Assembly: GCA_945874145.1 (NCBI GenBank) | Contig: CAMCFN010000006.1 | Location: 16,164-80,163, forward strand | Source of the DNA: Akkermansia muciniphila | Lineage (GTDB): Bacteria > Verrucomicrobiota > Verrucomicrobiia > Limisphaerales > SXTU01 | Length of the DNA: 64,000 nucleotides | Direction: 5' to 3' | Shown here: positions 1 through 8,751 of the stretch, in pieces | How positions within the stretch are numbered: position 1 is the first letter of the stretch | How the letters are laid out: each line of letters begins with the position of its first letter | Notes under the pieces: model-generated | What the model saw: only the letters and a program-made list of their open reading frames with translations | Told to the model about the DNA's origin: nothing | The model's database searches: none | Made by a program: the position numbers and the translations under genes

Positions 1-522
1 CAGCGCCACCTCGGTCTCGGCTTGCTGGAGGCGGCGAAGTAATTGGCGCCGCGCGTCCGTCACAGGTTTGCCCGCAGCAGCTTCCACCGCATCCACGAAC
101 GCAAATGCATCCCACTTGCCTTGCGGAAGGAGTTTGGTGGCAAGCGGAGGGCCGGACGAGAGCAACGGCGCGGCGCGCTTCGCCAAGTCTGCCAAGACCG
201 GGTGCGGGCCGACGCGGCGGAACCAATACTTCGCGTTCGAGTAGTCCGGCTCGCGCCGGTGCAGGATGCCGTGGACGAGGCTGCCGTCCGGGTTCTCGAT
301 GCTCTGCGAGAGTGTGTGCGAGGCGTCGTGGTGGTCGTGCCAGAGCAGCAGCAACGCGCGGATGAGTTCGGCCTTCGCGGGCGTTCCGTGGCGGCGAAAC
401 AGGTCGTCGAGGGCGCGGTTCAAGTCGCCTTGTGCCAGCGTGCCGGGACGCGACTCGGGACCGAGCGCAGCGGGGCCGGGCTGGGTGATGAGTGCGTGGA
501 GTTCAGTGGATTGAGAAGACAT
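1..522 (-). CDS. conserved hypothetical protein, N-terminal part only (gene runs off window start)
   Basis: Absent from the ORF track because no stop lies in the window. ATG at 520-522 (minus) opens an unbroken frame to base 1: MSSQSTELHALITQPGPAALGPESRPGTLAQGDLNRALDDLFRRHGTPAKAELIRALLLLWHDHHDASHTLSQSIENPDGSLVHGILHRREPDYSNAKYWFRRVGPHPVLADL... Codon bias matches neighbours. No family recognised. Confidence 0.5.
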   Translation of the reverse strand, partial: MSSQSTELHALITQPGPAALGPESRPGTLAQGDLNRALDDLFRRHGTPAKAELIRALLLLWHDHHDASHTLSQSIENPDGSLVHGILHRREPDYSNAKYWFRRVGPHPVLADLAKRAAPLLSSGPPLATKLLPQGKWDAFAFVDAVEAAAGKPVTDARRQLLRRLQQAETEVAL

Positions 523-536
523 TATCTTGGCCCGCC

Positions 537-596
537 AAACACGCGAAAGCACACGAACCAAACCAACCTAGAGATTTCGAGTCAATTCGCGTGTTT
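537..596. repeat. REP-like intergenic hairpin: 11-bp perfect inverted repeat AAACACGCGAA (537-547) / TTCGCGTGTTT (586-596)
   Basis: Read directly. Lies between the start of the 1-522 gene and the carA stop. Same flavour (CGCGAAAG...ACA-rich arm) as the element at 55075-55139. Confidence 0.6.
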
Positions 597-632
597 CGCG
601 CGCAGACAATCAGAAACTCCTCACGTCGTCTC

Positions 633-1790
<1,158 letters not shown>

Positions 1791-1842
1791 CCAGTAGCGA
1801 ACAAATTGGGCGGACTCTAGGGGTGGGGAAAAAGCGGTCAAG

Positions 1843-1862
1843 CCCTTTGGCACCCTTTGGCA
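1843..1862. repeat. tandem 10-mer CCCTTTGGCA x2
   Basis: Read directly in the carA-lpxA spacer (agCCCTTTGGCACCCTTTGGCAccctgc). Confidence 0.5.
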
Positions 1863-1991
1863 CCCTGCGACGCCGCGCAAGATTGCAGGAGAAAAATTGG
1901 ATGGGACGAATGGTAGCCGCGTGCATGGCCGTTCGAACCCTGAAGCGTCCAGAAGCCCCAAGGGGCAGGGTCATGCTTGCGCCCGCGCTTG

Positions 1992-2780
1992 CTACTCCTC
2001 CGGATGCTGGCCACCCACATGCCCGCAGACGCCGCGTGTGCTGGCAGCAACGAAGTCGAGGAGCTGTTTTGCAGCGGGAGCGACGGCGAGTGCCCCGGCT
2101 TCCGCCAGCGCGTCGCGCCGCAGCTTGCCGCTGAGGAACAGCAGGTGATACAGCCGCTTGAGTTCCGTGCGTTGCTCCGGCGTGAAGCCCCCCCGCCGCA
2201 GGCCGATGGTGTTCAGCCCGCAGATCGAGTTGATGCCCGTCGCGATGCAGAACGGCGGCACGTCCTTGCTCACCGCCGCGCCGCCTTGCAGCAAGGCCAG
2301 TGGTCCGACGCGGCAGAACTGGTGCACCAGCGAGTTCGCCGAGAGGAACGCGCGCTCGCCGATCACCGCGAATCCAGCGATGGCGATGCCGTTGCAAAGG
2401 ATGGCGTGGTCCCGCACCTGCACGTCGTGGCCGACGTGCGCGTTGCCCATGATAAAGCAGTGCGAGCCGATAGTCGTGGCGGTGTCGGGCTTGGTCGAAC
2501 AGTGGATGGTCGCATGCTCGCGGATGACGTTGTCATCGCCGATGATGAGGCGCGTCGGCTCGCCCTTGTATTTCAAGTCCTGCGGCGTGTCGCCGATCAC
2601 CGCACCCGCGTGGATGCGGTTCCGTGCGCCGATGATCGTGCGCCCGGTGAGATGCACAAACGGCCCGACCACGCAGCCGGGGCCAAGGGTGACGTTGCCC
2701 TCGATGACGGCATAGGGGCCGACCTGCACGTCCGGCGCGAGTTGCGCGGTCGGGGCGATGATGGCGGTGGGGTGGAGCAT
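1992..2780 (-). CDS. lpxA: acyl-ACP--UDP-N-acetylglucosamine O-acyltransferase
   Basis: Left-handed beta-helix hexapeptide repeats (IHPTAIIAPTAQLAPDVQVGPYAVIEGNVTLG...) plus the LpxA C-terminal helical domain (GLNTIGLRRGGFTPEQRTELKRLYHLLF). ATG at 2778-2780. Confidence 0.92.
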   Translation of the reverse strand: MLHPTAIIAPTAQLAPDVQVGPYAVIEGNVTLGPGCVVGPFVHLTGRTIIGARNRIHAGAVIGDTPQDLKYKGEPTRLIIGDDNVIREHATIHCSTKPDTATTIGSHCFIMGNAHVGHDVQVRDHAILCNGIAIAGFAVIGERAFLSANSLVHQFCRVGPLALLQGGAAVSKDVPPFCIATGINSICGLNTIGLRRGGFTPEQRTELKRLYHLLFLSGKLRRDALAEAGALAVAPAAKQLLDFVAASTRGVCGHVGGQHPEE

Positions 2781-2784
2781 CCGA

Positions 2785-2875
2785 AGTGTTCAGTGTTCAG
2801 TCATTAGTGGCCCGCCGTCGCTCTGTGAGACTGAAAACTGAAAACTGAAAACTGAAAACTGAAAACTGAAAACTC
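2785..2875. repeat. heptamer-built hairpin element: arm AGTGTTCAGTGTTCAGTC (2785-2802), ~26-nt loop, (CTGAAAA)x6 (2831-2872)
   Basis: Six perfect tandem CTGAAAA units read directly. The left arm pairs with GACTGAAAACTGAAAACT at 16 of 18 positions. It fills the radC-stop to lpxA-start spacer. Confidence 0.8.
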
Positions 2876-3581
2876 ACGAGTAGAAGTAGCCCAACTCCCG
2901 CAACGACGCGAAGTCCCGAGCCCGCTCCGTCGTCCGCCGGCCCAAGATGACGTGGTCAACCACCTCAATCTTGAGCAACTGTCCGGCACGGATGAGGTCG
3001 CGCGTCACCTTGATGTCCGCCTCGCTGGGCGTGGGGTCGCCGCTGGGATGGTTGTGGACGAGCACGATGGAGGCGGCGTTGGCAGAGATGGCGTGCTTGA
3101 AGACCTCGCGGGCGTGAACGTGAATGGCATCGAGCGTGCCCTGCGAAATTGGCTCCACGCGAATGAGCCGGCGGCGCGTGTTGAGCAGCAACACGATGAA
3201 ATGCTCCACCTCGTAGCCACGTGCATCCTCTCGCAGCAGGTCGGCGACACGGTCGGGCGTGTCGAGCAGCGGCGACTCCACGCGAATCTCGGCGGCCATG
3301 CGGCGGGCCAGCGTGAACGCGGCCTGAAGCGTCACCGCCTTGTCGCGGCCGATGCCCTTCACAGCGCACAGTTCCTTCACCGACGCCTGCGACAGCCGGT
3401 CGAGCGTCTGGAATTTCGCGAGCAGCTCCTGCCCGATGACCAGCGCCGATTTCCCCTGCAAACCGGTGCGCAGCAGGATGGCGATGAGGTCGGAGTTGCC
3501 GAGTGTGTCTGCGCCGTTGGCCGCGAGCCGCTCGCGCGGGCGCTCACAGGCGGGAATGTCCTTGATGCGCGGACCGCTCAT
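2874..3581 (-). CDS. radC: RadC-family JAB/MPN domain protein
   Basis: N-terminal HhH region (ERPRERL...GADTLGNSDLIAILLRTG) and the JAB motif HNHPSGDPTPSEADIKVT. Its ATG overlaps the hflX stop (ATGA at 3578-3581). Confidence 0.9.
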   Translation of the reverse strand: MSGPRIKDIPACERPRERLAANGADTLGNSDLIAILLRTGLQGKSALVIGQELLAKFQTLDRLSQASVKELCAVKGIGRDKAVTLQAAFTLARRMAAEIRVESPLLDTPDRVADLLREDARGYEVEHFIVLLLNTRRRLIRVEPISQGTLDAIHVHAREVFKHAISANAASIVLVHNHPSGDPTPSEADIKVTRDLIRAGQLLKIEVVDHVILGRRTTERARDFASLRELGYFYS

Positions 3582-4939
3582 AGCTCCTTCACCACAAACT
3601 TTGCGAACTCCGCGTGCAGATGCGGCGGGATGCGGGCCTTGAAGCGCGCCAACTCACCGCTGTAATCGCGCTCCACTATCTGCGCCACCTCATGAAGCTT
3701 GGCGATGACAGCGGACTGCTCGTGCGGGATCGCGAGTTCCACGAAGTTACGGACCGGGCGGAGGGCGGTGCCCAGCTCGGCCATCAGTGCGTCGAAGCCT
3801 TCGCCGGTGCGGGCGGAAACGGCGACTGCGCGAGGATGGGCCATCCGCCAGCGCGCGACCAAATCCGGCTCGGCCTGGTCGATCTTGTTGAGCACCAGCA
3901 TGGTGGGCTTTTCAGCCGCGTGAATTTCCTCCAGCACGGCGTTCACCGCCCGGATTTGGTCCTCGGCCTGCGGGTGCGTGCAGTCCACGACGTGCAGCAA
4001 CAGGTCCGCCTCGACGACTTCCTCCAGCGTGGCCTTGAATGCCTCGACGAGCCGCGTGGGCAGCTTGCGGATGAAGCCCACGGTGTCGGAGAGCAGGACG
4101 TTTTGATTCGTCGGCAGGCGGAGGCGGCGCGTGGTAGGGTCGAGCGTGGCGAAGAGTTTGTCCTCGGCCAACACGGATGCCCCGGTGAGCTTGTTGAAGA
4201 GGGTGGATTTGCCGGCGTTCGTGTAGCCGACGATGGACGCGAGCGGCCATTGATTGCGCTGACGGCCTGCGCGTTGCGTAGCCCGCTGGCGGCGGACGAT
4301 CTCCAGTTCATCGTCGAGCTTCTCGATGCGCTCGGAGATTTTCCGCCGGTCGGCTTCCAACTGGGATTCGCCCTCGCCGCCAATCGCCCCCATGCCGCCG
4401 CGCTGACGCGACAGATGCGTCCAGTAGCGGGTAAGGCGCGGGAGCAGATACTGAAGCTGAGCGAGTTCGACCTGCAACTTGCCCTCTCGCGTGCGGGCGC
4501 GCTGCGCGAAGATGTCGAGGATTAGGGCGGTGCGGTCGAGGACGGTGCCTTCGAAAACCTTCTCCAGATTACGCGTCTGCGCGGGGGAAAGCTCGTCGTC
4601 GAAGATGATCGTGTCCACGTTGAGCTCGTGGCAATGCTTGGCAAATTCCTGTGCCTTGCCGGTGCCGATGAAGGTGGCGGGGTGGATGGATTCGAGCTTC
4701 TGCGTGCCTTCCCCGACAATGTTCGAACCGGCGGTGCGCGCGAGTTCGGCCAGCTCGGTCATCGAGTCCGTGGTCTCCCAGGGCGTGCCAGACTTGAGTT
4801 CCACGCCGACGAGGAAGACGCGTTGCGCCTTGTGATTAGGATCTGCGATGAGTGCTTTCAAATCAGGACTGGAGGCAGCGTAGCAGACGGCCGGGCGCGG
4901 CGGAAGCGTTACGTGCCGGCAGGCTGGCAGCCGGCGCAC
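3578..4939 (-). CDS. hflX: GTPase HflX
   Basis: HflX N-domain (LDRTALILDIFAQRARTREGKLQVELAQLQYLLPRL) and G-domain (GYTNAGKSTLFNKLT...DTVGFI...NKID). The track start is a GTG at 4937-4939. The true start is uncertain because there is no early ATG. Confidence 0.9.
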   Translation of the reverse strand: MRRLPACRHVTLPPRPAVCYAASSPDLKALIADPNHKAQRVFLVGVELKSGTPWETTDSMTELAELARTAGSNIVGEGTQKLESIHPATFIGTGKAQEFAKHCHELNVDTIIFDDELSPAQTRNLEKVFEGTVLDRTALILDIFAQRARTREGKLQVELAQLQYLLPRLTRYWTHLSRQRGGMGAIGGEGESQLEADRRKISERIEKLDDELEIVRRQRATQRAGRQRNQWPLASIVGYTNAGKSTLFNKLTGASVLAEDKLFATLDPTTRRLRLPTNQNVLLSDTVGFIRKLPTRLVEAFKATLEEVVEADLLLHVVDCTHPQAEDQIRAVNAVLEEIHAAEKPTMLVLNKIDQAEPDLVARWRMAHPRAVAVSARTGEGFDALMAELGTALRPVRNFVELAIPHEQSAVIAKLHEVAQIVERDYSGELARFKARIPPHLHAEFAKFVVKEL

Positions 4940-4940
4940 G

Positions 4941-5789
4941 TCATGGCTTGGCAGGAACAGGCAGGTTCAGCTCCAGCCCCACGTCCAGCCGCACTGAGGT
5001 TCCGGCGGCATCCAGCGTGGGCGTAAGGTTGATGACCGGCCCAGTCTGCGTGCCGTCAGGTTGCGCCTGCGTGACGGAAATCTGCGCGGCCTGACCATTG
5101 GCGGTGAGCACCCGGGGCGTGCTGAGGACTGAGACGCCCGTTTGCTGATGGGCCAGTTTGAGCAGTGCGGCGAGTCGGGCCGGGTCCAGACCAGCGGTGG
5201 CTTGGCTGGCAGCCTGATCGGTGCGCAAGTCTTGCAGGCCGAGCCGGTCGAGCAGCCGGTCAGGCACGGTCAACAGGTGTGTTTGAAGCAGGACTTGCCC
5301 GGGGGCATTCACATCCGTTGCGGGCGTGATGAAACCGATAATGCGCTGGCCCAGTTCGGCCCCAGCCCAGCCGCCGAGCGCCAGCGCCTGTCCGAGCGGC
5401 ACCTGCGCTGAGACAGTGCTGGTTAGTTTTGTGACGGGCGGTGACGGCGTCACCGGAGTCGGGAGGGTCGCTGGGGCGCGGCGCGCCGGAGGGGTGTTGG
5501 TGGCGAGGTCGGCGGTGCGCTGCGCGTTGCGCAGGCGCGTGACTTCGTTGCGGAGCCGGGCCAGTTCAACCAACTCGGCATCAAGGACGGCGGGTGGCTG
5601 ACTGGTTGCCCGTCTTTTGGCGGCCGATTCCAAATCGGCAACCACGGCGGCCTGCCGGGCAAACTCACGCTGGATGGCAGCCAGCTCAGCTTGGGCCTGG
5701 GTTGACTGATGGCGTGTAGCCAACAGGGCTCCGATCAGGACCACGTTTACCCCCAAAGAGATGAACAGGAGAATTCGTTCGCGACGCAT
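4941..5789 (-). CDS. hypothetical N-terminally anchored coiled-coil protein with secretin-like C-terminal motif
   Basis: ATG at 5787-5789. It has a TM helix (ILLFISLGVNVVLIGALLA), a coiled-coil stretch, a Pro/Thr linker and a C-terminal VSVLSTPRVLTANGQAAQISV that resembles the secretin core motif. The stop lies 1 nt from the hflX start. Confidence 0.55.
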   Translation of the reverse strand: MRRERILLFISLGVNVVLIGALLATRHQSTQAQAELAAIQREFARQAAVVADLESAAKRRATSQPPAVLDAELVELARLRNEVTRLRNAQRTADLATNTPPARRAPATLPTPVTPSPPVTKLTSTVSAQVPLGQALALGGWAGAELGQRIIGFITPATDVNAPGQVLLQTHLLTVPDRLLDRLGLQDLRTDQAASQATAGLDPARLAALLKLAHQQTGVSVLSTPRVLTANGQAAQISVTQAQPDGTQTGPVINLTPTLDAAGTSVRLDVGLELNLPVPAKP

Positions 5790-5882
5790 GGTTTGGTTAG
5801 GCAGAGGATGGTAACGAAACCGCCCGAAACGGGAATCCGAAATTGGGCCCGCTGAATCGCTGCTCGACTGAGCAGTTTGGAA

Positions 5883-6338
5883 TCACCGCCCCTTAAGCCG
5901 CACCATGGTTTCGCGCTGCATGTCACGCTCGGCAGCACGCTGCTTCAGATCCTCGCGCTTGTCGTATTGGGCTTTGCTGCGGCCCACGGCGAGCGCGACC
6001 TTCACCCGGTGGTTTTTCCAGTAAAGCGAGAGCGGGACAAGCGCCAGCCCTTTTACCTTGGTAGCTTCGTGGAGCTTTCGGATTTCCGACCGGTTGAGCA
6101 GCAGCTTGCGGGGGGCCTTGGGCGCGTGGTTCTGGCGGTTGCCGTGGCTGTATTCCTCGATGTGGACGTTGTGGAGCCAGACCTCGTCGCGCTCGACCCG
6201 GGCAAAGGCATCGCTGATATGCACGTGACCGGCACGGATGGCTTTCACCTCCGTGCCGCAGAGCACGATCCCCGACTCGAACGTATCCAGAACCTGATAG
6301 TCCCGACGCGCCTTAGGATTGCTGACAATCTCCGCCAT
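5883..6338 (-). CDS. smpB: SsrA-binding protein
   Basis: NPKARRDYQVLDTFESGIVLCGTEVKAIR...LHNVHIEEY...RKLLLNRSEIRKL...LVPLSLYWKNHRVKVALAVGRSK is the canonical SmpB sequence. Confidence 0.95.
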   Translation of the reverse strand: MAEIVSNPKARRDYQVLDTFESGIVLCGTEVKAIRAGHVHISDAFARVERDEVWLHNVHIEEYSHGNRQNHAPKAPRKLLLNRSEIRKLHEATKVKGLALVPLSLYWKNHRVKVALAVGRSKAQYDKREDLKQRAAERDMQRETMVRLKGR

Positions 6339-6348
6339 AAACGCAAGC

Positions 6349-6373
6349 GGCCAGAAGGTGTGACCTTCTGGCC
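6349..6373 (-). terminator. 10-bp perfect hairpin GGCCAGAAGG-tgtga-CCTTCTGGCC between rpoZ and smpB (possible attenuator/terminator, weak U-tract)
   Basis: Read directly. On the minus strand it is followed by gcttgcgttt only, so intrinsic-terminator status is doubtful. Confidence 0.3.
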
Positions 6374-6397
6374 TGCGTGCAAAGGATGAAAAGCCGA

Positions 6398-6646
6398 CTA
6401 ATGCTTGTTGCTACGGCGTTTGCGGGGTGACACATCCCCTTCTTCGGGGATTTCCGGGGTTTCCCAGTGCATCTTGTCCTCCACGATTTCCAGCAAGGCG
6501 ATATCGGCCGCCCCGAGGGTGGGCGAAGCTTCGATGAGCGGGCGATTGCCGGAGTTGAGCTGGCGCACCCGGCGCGACAGGAGGTTTACCAGGAAGTTGG
6601 GGTTACCAACTTTTTCCAACGCTTTCCGAACGAGTTCTGGATTCAT
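6398..6646 (-). CDS. rpoZ: DNA-directed RNA polymerase subunit omega
   Basis: Only the last 82 codons of the 520-aa track ORF are credible: MNPELVRKALEKVGNPNFLVNLLSRRVRQLNSGNRPLIEASPTLGAADIALLEIVEDK matches the RpoZ pattern (EKxGNxFxLVxxxxxRxRQL...IALxEI). ATG at 6644-6646. The upstream part is antisense to ald. Confidence 0.8.
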   Translation of the reverse strand: MNPELVRKALEKVGNPNFLVNLLSRRVRQLNSGNRPLIEASPTLGAADIALLEIVEDKMHWETPEIPEEGDVSPRKRRSNKH

Positions 6647-6889
6647 GTCTTTAGTAGCTCCGCACAGAGCCGCGCACAATACTGAGCAGCGACAAGCAAG
6701 CAATAGAAAAATCCGGTTCCCCACCATCCGGACACGCTCTCGACACCGCCCTTGAAGACTCAAGGAAGTCAGCCGCCCCACGATGGCAGAGCCAAGCAGC
6801 ACCCGGCATTCTCGCAGCCTCCCCACCCCCCTAAACACCCCTGGATGAGCAGCTTGTTTGGCACGCTGCAAACTGTTAGGCTCGCGGGC

Positions 6890-7990
6890 ATGACCATCGG
6901 CGTGCCCAAGGAAATCAAAGCTCAGGAAAACCGCGTCGCCCTCCTGCCCTCGGCGGCCTACCAACTCCTCCGACATGGCCACAAGGTCATCGTCGAACGC
7001 GGGGCCGGAACCGGATCCGGCTACCCGGATGCCAACTACGAACAGGCCGGGGCAACCCTTGTAGCCGAGCACTCCGCCGTCTTCGCGGAGGCCGATTTGA
7101 TTGTGAAAGTGAAGGAGCCGCTTCCCGCCGAGTATCCACTCTTGAGGCCCGGCCAGTTGCTCTTCACCTATCTGCACCTCGCCGCGAACCGCGAGCTGAC
7201 CGACGCCTTGCTCAAGTCCGGCGCGACGTGCATCGCCTACGAGACCATCGAGGTCAACCGCCGCCTGCCATTGCTCGAACCCATGAGCGAAATCGCCGGG
7301 CGCATGAGCGTGCTCGTGGGCGGTTACTTCCTCGCCAAGCACTGCGGCGGCAACGGCGTGCTTCTCGGCGGCGTGCCCGGCGTCCTGCCGGGCAAAGTAG
7401 TCGTCCTGGGCGGCGGCGCGGCAGGCGTCAATGCCGCCCGCATGGCCCAAGGCCTCGGCGCAGACGTGACCATTCTTGAAGTGGACGTGGAGCGGATGCG
7501 CTTTCTCGACATCACCCTCCACACGGCCCACACGCTCTACTCGAACGAGGCGCACCTCATGGAACTCCTTCCCACCGTGGACCTCCTCATCGGCGCGGTG
7601 CTCGTCCCCGGCGCTAAGGCCCCCAAGCTCATCCGCCGCGAGATGCTCCGCCAGATGCGCCCCGGCAGCGTGCTCGTGGACATCGCGATTGACCAGGGCG
7701 GCTGCGCCGAGACTTCCCGTCCCACCACGCACCACGACCCCGTGTTCACTGAGGAAGGCGTCCTCCACTACTGTGTCGCGAACATGCCTGCCGCCTACGC
7801 CCGCACCGCCACGCAAGCCCTCACCAACGTCACCTATCGCTACATCGAGCAACTCGCCGACCTCGGCCTTGCCGACGCCTGCGTGCGACAGCCTGCGCTC
7901 CTCGGCGGCATCAATGTTCAGGCGGGCAAACTTACGTGCCGGGCAGTGGCGGAGGCGCACGAGCTGCCCTTTGCGCCCGCAGCCGTGTAG
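6890..7990 (+). CDS. ald: alanine dehydrogenase
   Basis: MTIGVPKEIKAQENRVALLP...VKVKEP...FTYLHLA...VVVLGGGAAGVNAARMAQGLGADVTILE...LVDIAIDQGGC. Start trimmed to the ATG at 6890. Confidence 0.93.
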   Translation: MTIGVPKEIKAQENRVALLPSAAYQLLRHGHKVIVERGAGTGSGYPDANYEQAGATLVAEHSAVFAEADLIVKVKEPLPAEYPLLRPGQLLFTYLHLAANRELTDALLKSGATCIAYETIEVNRRLPLLEPMSEIAGRMSVLVGGYFLAKHCGGNGVLLGGVPGVLPGKVVVLGGGAAGVNAARMAQGLGADVTILEVDVERMRFLDITLHTAHTLYSNEAHLMELLPTVDLLIGAVLVPGAKAPKLIRREMLRQMRPGSVLVDIAIDQGGCAETSRPTTHHDPVFTEEGVLHYCVANMPAAYARTATQALTNVTYRYIEQLADLGLADACVRQPALLGGINVQAGKLTCRAVAEAHELPFAPAAV

Positions 7991-7991
7991 C

Positions 7992-8088
7992 CAGTGAGTG
8001 TTCAGGAATCAGTAGTCAGTATTCAGTCCCGAAGAGTTTGCGAGCTTCGAGCGCTGCTTCCCAACTGAACACTGATTACTGAACACTG
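7992..8088. repeat. heptamer-built hairpin element (arms 7992-8027 and 8064-8088)
   Basis: CAGTGAGTGTTCAGGAATCAGTAGTCAGTATTCAGT ... ACTGAACACTGATTACTGAACACTG. The arms are imperfect reverse complements made of (T/A)CAGT-type ~7-nt units. It starts 2 nt after the ald stop. Confidence 0.75.
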
Positions 8089-8208
8089 CCCGAGCGCCTC
8101 AAACTTGAAACTTCCCTCCCGCCGCCCGTGTCCTACCTTCCTTAGCGCAGCCCCAATTTTGTTCGTAACGACCGGCTGCCGCAAGCGTCACCTCAGCACA
8201 TCAAACTT

Positions 8209-8751
8209 ATGATAATGGCAGACGTCCTCAAATACTTCCTCTCCATCCTCGGCGGCCTCCTCATCTTCATCGCCTACTGGCTCGCGGCGGAAGCCCTCTT
8301 CCCCGCCCTCGTCGAGCGGTCTCGCGACCAATACCGCCGCCCGTGGAAGCTCACCTTTGCCGGCCTCGCGATGACCGCGCCGTTCATCGGCATCGCGCTA
8401 CTGCTGTTCACAAAGGGCAACAACCCGCTGCTGAACATCGTGGGCTTTGTCTTCCTCGCCGTCGTGTTGTTCGGCGGCCTTGCCGGGTCCGCTGGCCTAG
8501 CCAAGCGCATCGGTGCGGGCCTGCCCTCGCCGCTCGACGAAGCCCAGCCATGGCGGCGCGTCCTGCGCGGCGGAGTCGTGCTCACGCTCACGTATCTGCT
8601 GCCCTTCATCGGGTGGATGGGCCTGAGCATCTGGACGCTCGTCACCGGCTTCGCCGCGCTGGTCTTCGCCGTTCGCGAGGCTAAGAAGGAAAACACTCCA
8701 ACTCCCGCGCTGCCCTCGACTGAACCGCCTGCTGTCCCTGCCGCCGCATGA
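8209..8751 (+). CDS. hypothetical multi-pass membrane protein
   Basis: Four hydrophobic helices (ILGGLLIFIAYWLAAEALF, FAGLAMTAPFIGIALLLF, IVGFVFLAVVLFGGLAGSAGL, GWMGLSIWTLVTGFAALVFAV). The stop overlaps the DUF1800 start (ATGA 8748-8751). Confidence 0.6.
   Translation: MIMADVLKYFLSILGGLLIFIAYWLAAEALFPALVERSRDQYRRPWKLTFAGLAMTAPFIGIALLLFTKGNNPLLNIVGFVFLAVVLFGGLAGSAGLAKRIGAGLPSPLDEAQPWRRVLRGGVVLTLTYLLPFIGWMGLSIWTLVTGFAALVFAVREAKKENTPTPALPSTEPPAVPAAA

Noticed and set aside
1925-1945. tRNA T-loop-like GTTCGAACCC in the carA-lpxA spacer
   Set aside because: No complementary 5-bp T-stem, acceptor stem or anticodon arm can be drawn around it. No other GGTTCGAATCC-type T-loop was noticed in the intergenic regions I checked.
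2831-2872. Possible CRISPR array, (CTGAAAA)x6
   Set aside because: The units are 7 nt and contiguous with no spacers, and no cas genes are present. This is a microsatellite-like arm of a hairpin element.
5790-6397. tmRNA (ssrA) next to smpB
   Set aside because: The flanking spacers are under 100 nt. They contain no tRNA-like acceptor/T-arm or tag-reading frame, only a simple hairpin at 6349-6373.
6647-7960. Upstream 438 codons of the 520-aa minus-strand track ORF 6398-7960
   Set aside because: It is antisense to alanine dehydrogenase. Only the last 82 codons (rpoZ, ATG at 6646) show a recognisable family and sensible composition.
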